Assembly (NCBI GenBank): GCA_963843145.1
Contig: CAWJJC010000022.1
Location: 352,001-416,000 of the forward strand
Reading direction: 5' to 3'
DNA length: 64,000 nucleotides
Origin: an uncultured delta proteobacterium
Lineage (GTDB): Bacteria; Desulfobacterota; RBG-13-43-22
Part shown: piece after piece, positions 34,376 to 44,444 of the stretch
Layout of the letters: each line of letters opens with the position of its first letter
Numbering within the stretch: position 1 is the first letter of the stretch
Made by a program: the position numbers and the translations under genes
Notes under the pieces: generated by a model
What the model was told of the DNA's origin: nothing
Database searches by the model: none
Seen by the model: the letters and a program-made list of their open reading frames with translations, nothing else

Positions 34376-35139
34376 CGGATCTTATCCTGCAGGTTCAGGA
34401 GGTCTCCATCAGTTTTGGGGGATTGATGGCTCTGGGGGAAGTGAGTTTTGACCTGCCCCGGGGACGGATCACCGCCCTGATCGGACCCAACGGCGCCGGC
34501 AAAACAACCGCGATCAATGTCATTTCGGGAATTTATCGGCCGCAGAAAGGGAGGGTTCTTTTTAACGGGCGTTCCGTCACCGGGCAGCGGCCTTATCGGC
34601 TGGCCCGTCTGGGGCTGACCCGGACCTTTCAGAATATACAGATTTTTCAAAACATGACCGTTCTGGAAAACGTGATGGTGGGTCTGCACGGGCGGACACA
34701 CAAGGAGTTCCTCTCCTCCCTCTTTTTTCTCCCGGGTGTCCGTCAGGAGGAGCGGGAGATCGAACGGAAGGCCTGGGAGATTTTGGATCTTTTTAACCTC
34801 CGCAACCAGGGGCCCTGGTCGGCGGCCAGCCTGTCCTACGGGGATCAAAAGCGAATTGAAATGGCCCGGGCCTTGGCTTCCCAGCCCGATCTGATTCTGC
34901 TGGACGAACCGGTGGCCGGCCTGAATATGACCGAGACCCTGGAAGTGGCCAACCTGATTCGCCGGATCTGCGCTCAAGGGATTTCGGTGCTGTTAGTCGA
35001 ACACGACATGAACCTGGTCATGGGGATATCGGATCAGATCGTGGTTCTCAATTTTGGACAAAAGATTGCCGCCGGGCCTCCGGAGGCGATTCAGAAGGAT
35101 CCCCAAGTCCTGGCGGCTTACCTGGGAACCGAGGTCTGA
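34372..35139 (+). CDS. ABC ATP-binding protein (LivG-like)
   Basis: GPNGAGKTT, RTFQN, LSYG, LLDEP, VEHDM. Confidence 0.9.
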   Translation: MTDLILQVQEVSISFGGLMALGEVSFDLPRGRITALIGPNGAGKTTAINVISGIYRPQKGRVLFNGRSVTGQRPYRLARLGLTRTFQNIQIFQNMTVLENVMVGLHGRTHKEFLSSLFFLPGVRQEEREIERKAWEILDLFNLRNQGPWSAASLSYGDQKRIEMARALASQPDLILLDEPVAGLNMTETLEVANLIRRICAQGISVLLVEHDMNLVMGISDQIVVLNFGQKIAAGPPEAIQKDPQVLAAYLGTEV

Positions 35140-35861
35140 TGTTAGCGGTAGAAAACCTGGAAGCCTATTACGGCGGCAACCAGGCTTTAAAAGGGGTCTC
35201 CCTGGAAGTTAAACCGGGGGAAATTGTTTCCTTGATCGGGGCCAACGGGGCCGGCAAGACGACCTTGCTCAATTGCCTCTCCAGCGTCCATCGCCGGCGG
35301 AAAGGTAAAATTGTTTTTATGGGGCAGGATGTCAGCGGGACGGATTCCCAGCAACGGGTCCGTCTGGGGATCGTTCAGGTTCCGGAAAGCCGACAGCTTT
35401 TTGGCCCCCTGACGGTCAAAGAAAACCTGGAAATGGGGGCCTTTGGCCGTTCCTGGCAGGAGAGGAAAAAGGCGCTGATCCAAGAAATAGAGCGGATTTA
35501 TGCCCTTTTCCCCATTCTTAAGGAGCGCCGAAAACAGCGGGCGGGTACCCTCTCCGGAGGAGAGCAGCAGATGCTGGCCATCGGTCGAGGATTAATGGCC
35601 AACCCCAAACTGCTCCTGCTGGATGAGCCTTCCCTGGGGTTGGCCCCCATGATCGTTCAGGAAATCTTTCGCATCATCAAGACGCTCCAGGACGAGGGCC
35701 GGACCATTCTGCTGGTCGAGCAGAATGCCCGCGGAGCGCTACAAATCTCACAGCGGGCCTATGTCCTGGAGACCGGAGAGATCACCTCCAGCGGTCGGTC
35801 GAAAGACCTGTTGCAGGATGGGAAGGTCCGCCGGGCCTTTCTAGGACAGGACATAACTTGA
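35139..35861 (+). CDS. ABC ATP-binding protein (LivF-like)
   Basis: GANGAGKTT, LSGGEQQMLAIGR, LLDEPSLGLAP. Confidence 0.9.
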   Translation: MLAVENLEAYYGGNQALKGVSLEVKPGEIVSLIGANGAGKTTLLNCLSSVHRRRKGKIVFMGQDVSGTDSQQRVRLGIVQVPESRQLFGPLTVKENLEMGAFGRSWQERKKALIQEIERIYALFPILKERRKQRAGTLSGGEQQMLAIGRGLMANPKLLLLDEPSLGLAPMIVQEIFRIIKTLQDEGRTILLVEQNARGALQISQRAYVLETGEITSSGRSKDLLQDGKVRRAFLGQDIT

Positions 35862-35903
35862 TCGCTTTAATCCGAACTATTCGTTTTCCCGAAGGGAGTT
35901 ACC

Positions 35904-37532
35904 ATGGGTGTAGCCAAATATCAGAAAGATAAAAAAGATGGGATCCAGGAAGTTACCCTGCAGTCCGGTATTAAGGTCAAACCGGTATATACCCCGAAGG
36001 ATTTAGAGGCGGCCGGTTTCCAGTATGAAAGGGATCTGGCCGATCCAGGGACCTACCCGTTCACTCGAGGTATCCATCCCCTGGGCTACCGTAGTCGGGC
36101 CTGGACTACTCGACAGTACACCGGCTTTGGGACTCCGGCCGAGACCAACGAGCGCTTTAAGCTGATGATCGGCCACGGGCAGACCGGGCTGAACGTGGCC
36201 TTCGATCTTCCCTCCCAGATGGGTCTGGATTCCGACGATCCCCTGGCCGAAGGCGAGGTGGGCCGGGTGGGCATGGCCGTGGATTCCCTGCGGGACTTTG
36301 AAATTGCTTTTAAGGACATTCAATTGGACAAGATCGGCGTGGGACTGACCATCAACGCCGTGGCTGACATCATGCTGGCCATGTTCCAGGCCATGGCCGA
36401 AAAATCCGGCTACACCAAGGACCAGATCAGCGCCACCCCCCAGAACGATATCCTCAAGGAGATGATCGGCCGCGGAGCCTGGATTTTCCCCATCGAACCG
36501 GCCGTAGCCCTGATCGGGGATACCATCGAGTATTCCATGAAGGAGCTGCCCAAATGCAATCCGGTCAGCGTCTGCGGCTACCACATCCGGGAATCCGGGG
36601 CCACGCCGGCCCAGGAGATCGCTTATGCCATCCTGATCGCCAACGCCTATATCGACGAGGTCGTCCGCCGGGGCTACACGGCCGACCAGTTCGTGGGTCG
36701 TTTTTCCTTCAATCTGAACATCTTCGGCAACCTCTGGGAACAGGTGGCCAAGTTTCGGGCCGCCCGGAAACTCTGGGCCAAGAATTTGAAGGAGAAATAC
36801 GACGTCAAAAAGGATAAGGACCTGTACCTCCGGGGTCTCTTCGGCGGCGGCGGCTACGGGCTGACCAAGGCCCAGCCGGAAAACAACATCATCCGCGGGG
36901 CCTACTATGCTCTGGCGGCCGCCTTGGGCGGGGCCCAGACCACGGCCCTCTGCTCCTTCGATGAGGCCTACACCATTCCGACTGAACGGGCGGCCCTGCT
37001 TTCCCTGCGGACCTTGGAGATCCTTATGGAAGAGGTGGGGCTCCGCGACACGGTCGATCCCCTGGCCGGCTCCTATTTCATCGAGACCCTGACCAAGGAG
37101 ATGGAAAACAGGATTTTGGCCGAAATGCAGGAAATTGAACAAATCGGCGGCGTGATCCGGGCCGTAGCCCAGGGCTACATTCAACAAAAGGTTTCCCGGC
37201 AGGCCTATGAATTCGAGAAGTCCGTCCAGGAAGGGGAATTGATCAAGGTGGGGGTGAACAAATACGTAGTCGGGGAGGAGGAGGACGTGGCCCTGCACGA
37301 CTACCGGGAGGAAACAGCGGTGGAGAAGATTAAAGACCTGCAGGCCCTGCGCCGGGAGCGGTCCGCCGCCGAAGTTTCCCGATCTTTGAAAGCCCTGGAA
37401 CGGACCGTAGGGGAAAAGAAAAATGTCATGCCCTTTCTGGTGGACTGCTGCCGGGCTTACTGTACGGTGGGGGAGATGACCCGGGTGTTCCGGGAGGCCT
37501 ATGGAACCTTTGAGGAGCCCAGTATTTTTTAA
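35904..37532 (+). CDS. Cobalamin-dependent acyl-CoA mutase, large (substrate-binding) subunit
   Basis: YPFTRG, RQYTGFG, AFDLP, GEVGRVG, QNDILKE, GYHIRE, DPLAGSY; no DxHxxG B12 domain. Confidence 0.9.
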   Translation: MGVAKYQKDKKDGIQEVTLQSGIKVKPVYTPKDLEAAGFQYERDLADPGTYPFTRGIHPLGYRSRAWTTRQYTGFGTPAETNERFKLMIGHGQTGLNVAFDLPSQMGLDSDDPLAEGEVGRVGMAVDSLRDFEIAFKDIQLDKIGVGLTINAVADIMLAMFQAMAEKSGYTKDQISATPQNDILKEMIGRGAWIFPIEPAVALIGDTIEYSMKELPKCNPVSVCGYHIRESGATPAQEIAYAILIANAYIDEVVRRGYTADQFVGRFSFNLNIFGNLWEQVAKFRAARKLWAKNLKEKYDVKKDKDLYLRGLFGGGGYGLTKAQPENNIIRGAYYALAAALGGAQTTALCSFDEAYTIPTERAALLSLRTLEILMEEVGLRDTVDPLAGSYFIETLTKEMENRILAEMQEIEQIGGVIRAVAQGYIQQKVSRQAYEFEKSVQEGELIKVGVNKYVVGEEEDVALHDYREETAVEKIKDLQALRRERSAAEVSRSLKALERTVGEKKNVMPFLVDCCRAYCTVGEMTRVFREAYGTFEEPSIF

Positions 37533-37541
37533 GGAGGAAAA

Positions 37542-39641
37542 ATGGCAGAAAAGAATTACCGGTTGGGCTGTGATATCGGCGGCACTTTTACCGACTTTGT
37601 CCTGCTTGATGATCACACCGGCGAGATAAAGACCGGCAAGTGCCTGACGACCCCTCGGGACCCCTCGGATGCCGTGGAAGAGGGGATACGGGTGCTGGAA
37701 GCCACCACGCCGGACTTTGTGACCAAGCTGGATGAGCTGATTCATGGAACGACCCTGGTCATCAATGCCATTATCGAGCGCAAAGGGTCTAAAACCGGAC
37801 TGATCACCACCAAGGGCTTCCGAGACGTCCTGGAAATCGGCCGGGAGATGCGCTATGCCCCCTACGACCTGTTCGCCGAATTCCCCCAGCCACTGATCCC
37901 CAGAAGATATCGGCTGGAGGTGGACGAGAGGGTCCGAAGCGATGGGAGCGTTCTGAAGGTTCTGGACCCGGAAGAGGCCCGACAGGTGGTCCGCGCCCTG
38001 CTCGGGTTGGGTGTGGAATCGATTGCGGTCTGCCTGCTCAATTCCTTCGAAAATCCGGCCCATGAGCTGCTGCTCCAGGAGATTATCGAACAGGAAGCCC
38101 CGGGCCTTTCCGTTTCCATTTCCTACCATGTTTTGCCCCAGATCAAGGAGTACGAGCGCACCAGCACCACGGTGACCAATGCCTATGTCAAGCCCCTGAC
38201 CGGACGGTATCTGTCCAAGCTGGCCGGCCGGCTGGAGGCCATCGGATTTCGAGGCAAGCTTTTTATTATGCTTTCAAGCGGCGGCGTCACCTCTCTGGAA
38301 ACGGCGGCCGAGTTTCCAGTGCGGATTATCGAGTCCGGGCCGACCGCGGCGGTTATCGCCGGCCAATACTACGGTAAACACTTCCATATTTCGGAAATGT
38401 TCTGCTTTGACATGGGAGGAACGACGGCCAAGTCCTGCCTGATCCAGAAAGGGGTGGCCGGTGTGGTCCCGACGTTTGAAGTCGGGCGCGTCCAACGGTT
38501 CATGAAAGGGAGCGGCCTCACCATTCAGGTCCCGGTCGTGGACCTGATGGAGATCGGCGCCGGGGGCGGTAGTATCGCCAAGGTAAGCAAGCTGGGCACC
38601 TTGCAGGTCGGGCCGGAAAGTTCCGGAGCGTCACCCGGGCCAATCTGCTATGGTCTGGGAGGCACCGATCCCTGCGTGACCGATGCCGATCTCCTGTTGG
38701 GTTACCTGGATCCGGACTACTTTCTCGGCGGGGCGATGAAACTCGACTACGAGGGGGCCCGGCGCGGCGTCGAGAAAAAGATCGCTCAACCGCTCGGGGT
38801 CTCTTTTATTCAGGCCATCTGGGGGATCCACGATCTCATCAATGAAACCATGGCGGCGGCCGCCAAGACCCACATCGCCGAAAAAGGCGGAAACCCCAAG
38901 CTGGTGACTATCGTGGCCTTCGGGGGTGCGGGACCGGTTCACGCCTATGGGCTGGCCAAGAAATTGGGGGCCCCCCGTTTGCTGGTCCCGCCCAATGCCG
39001 GGGTAGGGTCGGCCATGGGTTTTTTCACCGCCCCCCGGGCCTTTGATCTTCTCCGGAGTCACAAAGTTTCCCTGAATGAGGCGGCCCTGGATGAAATCGA
39101 GCGCATCTTCCAGGGGTTGGAGGGGGATTCGGCCAAGATACTGAAGAAGGAAGCTGGAGAGGAAACGCTCCAATTCGAGAGGGCGCTCGACATGCGCTTC
39201 GTGGGACAGGGTTCGGAGATCACCGTTCTCTTGCCTACTGGAGATTTCACCCGCCTCGAGAAAACTGAAATTCGTCGCCTCTTTGATGAGGCCTATGAAA
39301 AACTCTATGGCCGGACCTATCCGGACTCCGAAGTGGAATTCATTAATTTCAAAGTGCGGGCCAGCCTGCCCGAACGGCTTCTGCAACTGCCTAAATTGGT
39401 CGTCAAGGGGAAACAGTCCCTGGAGGCGGCCGTCAGGGGGCGGCGGCAGGCCTACTCTCCCCTGGCTCGTGAGTTTATCCCCTATACGGTCTACGATCGC
39501 TACCCATTGTTTCCCGGGGCCCGGTTTCCCGGTCCGGCTATTATCGAGGAGAAGGAGTCGACTCTCATTGTGGGGGAGGATGCCCGGGTGGCCGTAGATG
39601 ACTTCGGATTCCTGTGGATAGATTTGACCAAGCCTGATTGA
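37542..39641 (+). CDS. Hydantoinase A/oxoprolinase (ATP-binding subunit)
   Basis: DIGGTFTD, HGTT, EYERTSTT, ESGP, DMGGTT, IGAGGGS, GPESSGA.PGP.CY. Confidence 0.92.
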   Translation: MAEKNYRLGCDIGGTFTDFVLLDDHTGEIKTGKCLTTPRDPSDAVEEGIRVLEATTPDFVTKLDELIHGTTLVINAIIERKGSKTGLITTKGFRDVLEIGREMRYAPYDLFAEFPQPLIPRRYRLEVDERVRSDGSVLKVLDPEEARQVVRALLGLGVESIAVCLLNSFENPAHELLLQEIIEQEAPGLSVSISYHVLPQIKEYERTSTTVTNAYVKPLTGRYLSKLAGRLEAIGFRGKLFIMLSSGGVTSLETAAEFPVRIIESGPTAAVIAGQYYGKHFHISEMFCFDMGGTTAKSCLIQKGVAGVVPTFEVGRVQRFMKGSGLTIQVPVVDLMEIGAGGGSIAKVSKLGTLQVGPESSGASPGPICYGLGGTDPCVTDADLLLGYLDPDYFLGGAMKLDYEGARRGVEKKIAQPLGVSFIQAIWGIHDLINETMAAAAKTHIAEKGGNPKLVTIVAFGGAGPVHAYGLAKKLGAPRLLVPPNAGVGSAMGFFTAPRAFDLLRSHKVSLNEAALDEIERIFQGLEGDSAKILKKEAGEETLQFERALDMRFVGQGSEITVLLPTGDFTRLEKTEIRRLFDEAYEKLYGRTYPDSEVEFINFKVRASLPERLLQLPKLVVKGKQSLEAAVRGRRQAYSPLAREFIPYTVYDRYPLFPGARFPGPAIIEEKESTLIVGEDARVAVDDFGFLWIDLTKPD

Positions 39642-39650
39642 AATTTTGGC

Positions 39651-39825
39651 TAAACCCGAAACTCGAAATACGAAATCCGAAACAAATTCAAATGACCAAA
39701 ATTCAAAATAAAAGACACTTGCTCTTGAACCGAAGCGGTCCATCAAGGGAGGTGAAGTTGTTTCAGTCATTTGAATTTTGAACATTGTTTATTGTTTCGA
39801 ATTTCGTGCTTCGGATTTCGAATTT
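39651..39825. repeat. Heptamer-repeat inverted element between hydantoinase subunits
   Basis: CCCGAAACTCGAAATACGAAATCCGAAACAA...TTGTTTCGAATTTCGTGCTTCGGATTTCGAATTT long imperfect hairpin. Confidence 0.8.
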
Positions 39826-39898
39826 AAAAATGCCGTTGTTTGAATGTGCGAAAAAAATCCTCAAATTTATTTTGTAAGCACCTAAGGGAGGTTGACTG

Positions 39899-41611
39899 AT
39901 GGGTCACGCGTTTGATCCAATCACGTTGGAAATTTTATGGCGCAGGCTGATTGCCATCGTGGACGAGGCGGACGGCAGTGTGGCCCGAACCGCCTTCTCC
40001 AGTTTGCTCCGGGATGCCCACGATTACACCTGTATGTTTACCGACCGCAGGGGTCGGGAACTGGCCCAGGGGACCTTTGCCACACCCGGCCAGTCGGGGG
40101 CCATGGCCCTGGGGGTAAAGGCCCTCATCAATAAGTATCCGGCCGACACCTACCAGCCCGGGGACGTATTTATTACCAATGATCCTTGGGCTCTGGCGGG
40201 GCACCTGAATGACATCTGTGTCATGAGTCCGATTTTCTACCAGAAACAATTGGTCGCCTTCACGGCCTGTGTTTTTCATCACTCCGATATCGGAGGCCGC
40301 GTGGCCTCCGACAATCATGACGTCTTCGAAGAAGGCCTATTCATCCCTTTCGTGAGGCTCTATGACCGAGGGGTCCTCAACCAATCGGTCCTGGATTTGA
40401 TCCGCTGGAATGTTCGGACGCCTGATGAGGTTACCGGAGATATCCGGTCGCAAATTTCAGCAAACTTCGTCTGTGCCGAAAAGGTAGGCCAGATGCTCAA
40501 GGAGAGTGACCTGGAGAACCTGGACGACCTGGCCGACCAGATTATCCGTCTGACGGAAAAAAGCATGCGGGAAGAGATCGAAAAGATCCCGGACGGTATT
40601 TACCGGGCCCAAGGCCTCATCGAACAGACCAGGGGAAAAGAGGACATCGTGATCCAAGCCCAGGTCGAGATCCAGGGGAGCGACATCCTGGTGGACCTCG
40701 CCGGCTCTTCCGGGCAGGTCAACTGGGGCGGCAACGTGGTTTTCAATTTTACCTTTGCCTATGTCTTCATGGCCATCAAAAGTATGTTTGCTCCGGATAT
40801 CCCTAATAACGAAGGCTGTGCTCGGCCGATACGTTTGACCGCCCCGGAGGGGAGCGTGGTAAACTGCAAATTTCCGGCCGCCGTGGCGGCTCGGATGGGG
40901 GTGGGACATTTCATGACCGAAGTCATCTATCGGGCTCTTTCCGAAGTGTTACCTCAAAAAGTCATTGCCGGATCCGGCGGGACCCCGGCGGCGATGAACG
41001 TCTTTTACGGGAGAAGGAAAGACGGGAAGCCCTGGCATTCCGTGATCATCCGGGGAGGCGGCATGGGAGCCGGAGCGGCCAACGACGGCAATTACGTTTA
41101 CATCTTCCCGGCCAACGGCGCGAATACCCCGGTAGAAATATTTGAAAGCGACACCCCGCTTATCGTGGAAAAGCGGGAGCTCCTCATCGATTCGGGAGGA
41201 CCCGGAAGAATGAAGGGCGGCCTCGGGAAAAGAGAGGTTTTTCGGATACCCGCTGACCAGTACGCCCCGATCCCGCCGGTCAACCTGGGAATCCAGGCGG
41301 GAAGGTTCAGCTATCCGGCGGAAGGGCTCTTTGACGGCCGGCCCGGTGCCCGGGCCCAATTCCTCATCAACGGGGAACCGGGGAATTCCTATGGATTAAC
41401 CCAGTTGAAGCCCGGGGACCGGGTGATCATCGATGCTCCTGGCGGAGGCGGCTACGGTTCTCCCTTTGAACGGGAGCCCGAGTTGGTGGCGGAGGACGTG
41501 CGGGAAGGGTATGTCAGTCCGGAAAGCGCCCGAAAGGAATATGGGGTTGAAATAGACCCCGAAACCCAGGAAGCCAATGGGACTGAAACAACAAAACTTC
41601 GGGGCCGGTGA
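39899..41611 (+). CDS. Hydantoinase B/oxoprolinase (metal subunit)
   Basis: DPITLEI, RTAFS, NDPW..GHLND, HHSDIGG, EEGL, NTPVE, DSGGPG, PGGGGYG. Confidence 0.92.
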   Translation: MGHAFDPITLEILWRRLIAIVDEADGSVARTAFSSLLRDAHDYTCMFTDRRGRELAQGTFATPGQSGAMALGVKALINKYPADTYQPGDVFITNDPWALAGHLNDICVMSPIFYQKQLVAFTACVFHHSDIGGRVASDNHDVFEEGLFIPFVRLYDRGVLNQSVLDLIRWNVRTPDEVTGDIRSQISANFVCAEKVGQMLKESDLENLDDLADQIIRLTEKSMREEIEKIPDGIYRAQGLIEQTRGKEDIVIQAQVEIQGSDILVDLAGSSGQVNWGGNVVFNFTFAYVFMAIKSMFAPDIPNNEGCARPIRLTAPEGSVVNCKFPAAVAARMGVGHFMTEVIYRALSEVLPQKVIAGSGGTPAAMNVFYGRRKDGKPWHSVIIRGGGMGAGAANDGNYVYIFPANGANTPVEIFESDTPLIVEKRELLIDSGGPGRMKGGLGKREVFRIPADQYAPIPPVNLGIQAGRFSYPAEGLFDGRPGARAQFLINGEPGNSYGLTQLKPGDRVIIDAPGGGGYGSPFEREPELVAEDVREGYVSPESARKEYGVEIDPETQEANGTETTKLRGR

Positions 41612-41632
41612 GGACAAGCTACGGGAAAACCC

Positions 41633-41730
41633 GTCATTGCGACCCCGGACTTGATCCGGGGGAAGCCATCCCATCCCGGTAACTGGTTGATTCTTGGGGA
41701 TTGCTTCGTCGCTTCACTCCTCGCAATGAC
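41633..41730. repeat. REP/BIME-like palindromic element (GTCATTGCGA...TCGCAATGAC)
   Basis: Terminal inverted repeats; right arm 41699-41730 is the exact reverse complement of 45929-45960. Confidence 0.8.
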
Positions 41731-41772
41731 AGAACAAAAATAATCTGAGGAGAATCTATTAAGAGAATACCT

Positions 41773-43062
41773 ATGCCAAACACCTTCATGCCTTCTTTTC
41801 ATTCCCTTGAGGAATTAGCCGCCCATCAACTTAAGGGCCTGCAATGGACCGTCAACCATGCCTATGGCGGATCGGCTTTCTACCGAAATAAATTCGAAGA
41901 AGCCGGAATCCAGCCTGAAGATATCAAATCGTTGGACGATATCCGACGGCTGCCTTTTGTCACCGCCCAGGACCTGCGGGACGGGTATCCCTTTCCGCTG
42001 CTTTCGGTCCCCTTGGAACAAGTGGTCCGCATCCACGCCTCCTCCGGCACAACCGGGAAGCGGAAAATCCTGGCCTATACCCAGAAAGACATCGACGATT
42101 GGGCCCATTTTTTTGCGCGCTGTTACGAGATGGCCGGATTGTCCCGCGAGGACCGGGTCCAGATCGCCGTGGGCTACGGGGTCTGGACCGCCGGCGTCGG
42201 TTTTCAATTGGGCTGCGAAAGGTTCGGAGCCCTGGCCATCCCGATAGGACCCGGCAATATCGATCTCCAATGCCAGTTTCTGGAAGACCTGCAGTCCACG
42301 GTCCTTTGCTGTACCGCTTCCATGGCCCTGCTGATGGCCGAGGAGGTGGAAAAGCGGGGGCTACGAGGAAAAATCGCTTTAAAAAAAATCATCTTTGGTT
42401 CGGAACGAAGCAGTGCGGCCCAACGAAAGCGCATCCAAGAACTGCTGGGGCTGGAAGAACTGTTTGATATCCCGGGATTGACGGAACTCTACGGTCCGGG
42501 AACCGGGTTGGACTGCGTTCGTCACGAGGGTATTCATTATTGGGCCGATTATTATCTGCTTGAACTGCTGGACCCCTTGTCCCTGGAACCGGTGGAACCC
42601 GGCCAGACCGGAGAAATGGTGGTCACCACCTTGTGGAAGGAGGCGGCGCCCTTAATCCGTTACCGAACCCGGGACCTGACCCGGTTGATCGCCGGCCCCT
42701 GCTCCTGCGGGAATATCCTGCCTCGGCACGACCGGATCTTGGGGCGTTCCGACGACATGATTATATTTCGGGGCGTCAATCTCTATCCGGCCCAATTGGA
42801 TCATATCCTTTCGGAAATCCCCGAGGTGGGCAGTGAATATCAGATCCATTTAAACCGGGGGACGGACGGGAAAGATACCCTGCTGGTCCGCCTCGAACGG
42901 GCCGGCGGAGAAGACGCGGCTCGGGATAGCGATCTCGCCAAAAAGATTGAAGCGCGCATCAAACAGCAGGTCTTGGTCAGCGCCCGGATTGAGCTGGTCG
43001 ACTACGGGATGCTGCCCCGATCGGAACGGAAGTCGAAGAGGGTTTTCGACAGCAGGATATAA
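41773..43062 (+). CDS. Phenylacetate-CoA ligase family (PaaK-like) aryl-CoA ligase
   Basis: RIHASSGTTGK, GLTELYGPG, PLIRYRTRD, GRSDDM..RGVN.YP, K.KRV.D.R. Confidence 0.9.
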   Translation: MPNTFMPSFHSLEELAAHQLKGLQWTVNHAYGGSAFYRNKFEEAGIQPEDIKSLDDIRRLPFVTAQDLRDGYPFPLLSVPLEQVVRIHASSGTTGKRKILAYTQKDIDDWAHFFARCYEMAGLSREDRVQIAVGYGVWTAGVGFQLGCERFGALAIPIGPGNIDLQCQFLEDLQSTVLCCTASMALLMAEEVEKRGLRGKIALKKIIFGSERSSAAQRKRIQELLGLEELFDIPGLTELYGPGTGLDCVRHEGIHYWADYYLLELLDPLSLEPVEPGQTGEMVVTTLWKEAAPLIRYRTRDLTRLIAGPCSCGNILPRHDRILGRSDDMIIFRGVNLYPAQLDHILSEIPEVGSEYQIHLNRGTDGKDTLLVRLERAGGEDAARDSDLAKKIEARIKQQVLVSARIELVDYGMLPRSERKSKRVFDSRI

Positions 43063-43145
43063 GCCGGCGTGAGGAGGTGAAGGGGGCTAACTTGCAAGAA
43101 GGAGAGGGTAATTTCCAATAAATTTCAAAAAAGGAGGAAGAACAA

Positions 43146-44309
43146 ATGAAAAAACTGGGAATCTTTGCTTTGCTGGGTTTGTTGGTGCTGTGCTGGTCTT
43201 CGGCCTTTGCCGCGGAGCCGATTAAGATCGGCGCCTTTTATTCCTTATCCGGCCCGGCGGCCGCCATCGGGACTCCGACGAAACTGGTTACGCAGATGGT
43301 GGTGGAAAAAATCAACAAAGAGGGAGGAATCAACGGCCGGCCTATCGAGCTGGTTCTGGGGGATACCGAATCCGACCCCACGAAAGCGGTGATGGTTATC
43401 AAAAAGTTCATCAACGTGGACAAGGTAGCCGCCATCATCGGCCCGGACCGTACCGACCTGGGCATGGCCGTGAAAAAACTGGTCGAGGAGGCCGAGATTC
43501 CCACCTTCATGACCGTGGGCGGAGATCCGGTGATCATGGGCGGCGGTCCGCTGGGGACGTTCAAATGGGTCTTCAAGTCTCCCCAGCGCAGTTCGACCGC
43601 AGTTGAAAAAGTTTACCAGTATCTGCAGAAGAAGAACCTGAAGAAGATCGCTTTGATCACCGCCTCGGACGGCTTCGGCAAGGACGGCAAGCGTTGGTTG
43701 GAAAAACTGGCCTCCCAACATGGACTGACCATTATTGCCGATGAGTCCTTTAATCCCAAGGATACGGATATGACCTCCCAGTTGACTAAGATCAAGGCCG
43801 CCAATCCCGAGGCGATCATCTGCTGGACTATTGGCCCGGCCGGAGCGATCGTGGCCAAGAACGTGAAGCAACTTAATATCAATACGCCTCTGTTCCAGTG
43901 CCATGGTCTGCCGGATCCTAAATATATTGAGCTGGCCGGATCGGCCGCCGAAGGGAACATGATGCCCTCCACCAAGCTCATGGCCTGGGAGCAGCTCTCC
44001 GACAAGGATCCCCAGAAGAAGGTCATCAAGGAATTTGTCCACCTGTATAATGATGTCTATCACCACGATAAACAGTTTGCCATCAATGCCCACTCGGGCT
44101 ATGCCTGGGATGCCATCTATATTGTGGCCAATGCCATGAAGAAGGTGGGCACCGAAAAAAATAAGTTACGGGACGCCATCGAACATACCAAGAATTATGT
44201 CGGCGTCAGCGGAATCTACAATTTGACTCCCGAAGACCACAATGGTTTGGGCACCGATTCCATGATCATGGTGCGCATTGAGAACGGGAAGTGGAAGCTG
44301 GTCGAATAA
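43146..44309 (+). CDS. ABC substrate-binding protein (LivK/Leu-Ile-Val-binding family, aromatic-acid type)
   Basis: Signal peptide, IKIGAF.SLSG, INKEGGINGRPIEL...DTESDP; AAGGAGG RBS. Confidence 0.9.
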   Translation: MKKLGIFALLGLLVLCWSSAFAAEPIKIGAFYSLSGPAAAIGTPTKLVTQMVVEKINKEGGINGRPIELVLGDTESDPTKAVMVIKKFINVDKVAAIIGPDRTDLGMAVKKLVEEAEIPTFMTVGGDPVIMGGGPLGTFKWVFKSPQRSSTAVEKVYQYLQKKNLKKIALITASDGFGKDGKRWLEKLASQHGLTIIADESFNPKDTDMTSQLTKIKAANPEAIICWTIGPAGAIVAKNVKQLNINTPLFQCHGLPDPKYIELAGSAAEGNMMPSTKLMAWEQLSDKDPQKKVIKEFVHLYNDVYHHDKQFAINAHSGYAWDAIYIVANAMKKVGTEKNKLRDAIEHTKNYVGVSGIYNLTPEDHNGLGTDSMIMVRIENGKWKLVE

Positions 44310-44313
44310 AATC

Positions 44314-44408
44314 AGGTACAAGGTGCAGGGCGCAAGGCTCAAGGTAAAACATAAAAGAAGTTATCCTATAAGCCTTCTGCCTTGCGCTCGTGCCTTGCAC
44401 CCTGAGCC
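44314..44408. repeat. Heptamer-repeat inverted element (AGGYRCA/CCTTG type)
   Basis: AGGTACA-AGGTGCA-GGGCGCA-AGGCTCA arm; CCTTGCG...CCTTGCA-CCCTGAG arm. Confidence 0.7.
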
Positions 44409-44444
44409 AACTCCTGTTGGGAAAAATTGCCAGAAAGGATTTTC

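Noticed and set aside
36003-38129. 708-aa antisense ORF and other long antisense ORFs
   Set aside because: Mirror frames of GC-rich genes with strong family motifs on the opposite strand
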